Positions 62,025 through 64,000 of a stretch of DNA of 64,000 bases are shown piece after piece (position 1 is the stretch's first letter; the number at the start of each line of letters is the position of its first letter). Origin of the DNA: Pseudovirgaria hyperparasitica (Eukaryota). The stretch lies in NCBI GenBank assembly GCA_010093815.1, contig ML996565.1, one strand, 5' to 3'. A program made the translations under genes and the position numbers. Under the pieces are notes generated by a model. That model was given only the letters and a program-made list of their open reading frames with translations, ran no database searches and was not told the DNA's origin.

Positions 62025-64000
62025 TCAACACCACGCAGACCAACCACAAAAGAGCACGGCAAGATTACGCTCATCCGTGGCTTGCTGTATCAGTCCACTC
62101 ACCACAGTCGATACCGACTGATTCTTACTCAACTTCTGCTCCACAACTGCCAAAGCTCTTCCAGCCTCTCCCGAATCATTCTCATGCTTCTTTGAATTCT
62201 GCTTGAGCAGATCATCACCAGTGATACCACCGCCAGGAGCATCCTGCTGCTCTGTATGCTCTTGCATGCGCCGAGCGCGATTCTGTGATACGGTCCAGCT
62301 AACCAAGGGATCGTAGCGGAGAACATTGAGGAGAGTCATAATGCTCTCGCGTTCCTCCCGAAGGGCTTCGAGAGTGAACTCGCAGCAGCGACGGAACACA
62401 CCTTCTGTTTTAGTAAATCCCATTGCGTCGACGAGATCTCGTGTTAGGCGGAAGGGCACAACTTCTGGAACGGGAAGAATACGGCCAGCTTCGAATGCAA
62501 CGCCTAGATCAATGTGAACAACTTCACCGCTATTTTGGTCAAGTAGAATATTCTGACAATGACGATCGCCAAGTCCAAGAACATGTCCAAGAATTGAGAT
62601 GGCTGCTGTGGTGCGGGTGTATGCGAGGCGCTTCTCGAACCAGTCGTCAGGGTTTACGAAGCGCTCTAGAAAGAAGTATCTCATTATTGGGTGGAAATTG
62701 TCACACACTTCGCGATAAACTTTGATTCTGTGCTCCTCAGAATGACTTGATGCCTCTGATACCTTTTTGCGACAGTCGTCAGATTTCCAGTCCCGAGGAT
62801 TGTATTTGCGATGCGCAGGGAGAACGGCATCTGCTAACGGAATGGTGTCCCTTACAAACTCAATCACACCACTCTTAGAACTGAGAGGCACGACTTTATA
62901 GCTCCTGATATGAAGGCTGCGTAAACGAGTTGACGTGTGGTTTTTGAGAAGTTTGCTGGCCTGCTCAAATACTTGCTCCATAATCGCGTCTTGGCGAAGA
63001 TCATCAGAGCCGGACTTGAACTACGCGATGGTTAGTATCATGTTGACGACCGCGTGTTCGCAACGGAAGCATACCAATTGTTTGAAATGCTCTCCATTCG
63101 AAGCCACGGCTGTGGCGATCTTTGGAGCGCTAATTCCTCCAGCAATGGAGATCTTCGATCGCCAACTCGTAATGATAGGGAGGTCGGTGTAATTTTGATC
63201 TAGTCGGACATCGATTGCTAATGTCGCAGGCGGAATCTCTAAGCTCGTCACTATAGTCTGTAAGCGTCTCCCTGATTGGAGATCTCCTAACGTCGGTTCC
63301 TTATTGAGCTTTCTGATTTCATCTTTTGTGACCATCGCGAACTGATGGTAACATTCATTGGCTCTGTGAATTGCCTTCCATATCCGCGAGCTAGGCGGCT
63401 TGGACCTCTCGAGCATATGTGCTACTTCTTTTGCAGACGCGTGCCGAGATTTGCTTGCCGCATCAACTCCAAGAGATGCGCAACTAGCGTATATCTGGTA
63501 CATCGCATGATAAGGATGGTGAAGACAGATCTGAAATACAAGATCGGACAACTCCTCTTGGAATGGAGTTTTCTCCACCTGCAGCCTCGATGACAGTTGA
63601 TTCATCAGTATTGCGAATTTTCCGGGTGGCGCTTTCGCGAGATAGCTCTTCATGACCTCAATGACCTGTGGTGCATCCGGAAAGTCAAGCCATAGAGCGA
63701 ATACGCGCAAGACATCATTATCATAGTCGTCGCAGGCGCGTAAAGACAGTAGGTAATTTTTCAAGCTCTCACTCACGAAAGTCTCCTTGCTGGCTCGTAG
63801 TCTACCGTATTCTTGATCATCGATATCGTACCATTTTTGCATCCTCATAATGTCTCTTCTGAGTTTGTCACGCTCTGGTTTCTGCTCCTTGGCTTTCAGT
63901 GACCTCAAGACGTCCTTGAACTCATCAATCTCTCGTCCTTTCTGTTCCTTTCGCGCCTGAACACGCGCCAGTTCATCGCTCAGCTCATTACTGTTCAATT
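62025..64000 (-). CDS. TEL1: ATM/Tel1 PI3K-related kinase, 3' part (FAT end, kinase, FATC); continues beyond the window
   Basis: [51 protein letters not shown] and [20 protein letters not shown]. Intron at about 63073-63022. Confidence 0.96.

Overview
Eukaryotic, intron-rich DNA from a filamentous ascomycete (Pezizomycotina-type short GT-AG introns of about 45-65 nt with CTRAY branch sites). The species cannot be determined from the window. There are about 25 protein-coding genes. Conserved core genes include a FEX fluoride exporter, UPRTase, NOPCHAP1/DUF4598, an eIF4E paralog, DOT1, a HAM1-like protein, GGPP synthase, SIN Cdc14, G-protein beta, ADAL, DUF4211, a phosducin-like protein and the 3' part of TEL1/ATM. 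Accessory genes include an FMO, a class II hydrophobin, hydrolases, NmrA, APH-type kinases and an FAD oxidoreductase. There are also two tRNA genes and a few AT-rich RIP-like relics. The most notable observation is a tRNA-Val(AAC) gene at 55084-55212 whose D-loop is split by a 55-nt insertion with all the marks of a spliceosomal intron (GTAAGA...ACTAAT...TAG). Removing it restores a complete cloverleaf. Second is an unannotated three-exon gene at 77-361 (minus strand), absent from the ORF track, encoding a secreted, Kex2-processed cystine-knot (conotoxin-framework) peptide. Family assignments come from recalled motifs, not from database searches.
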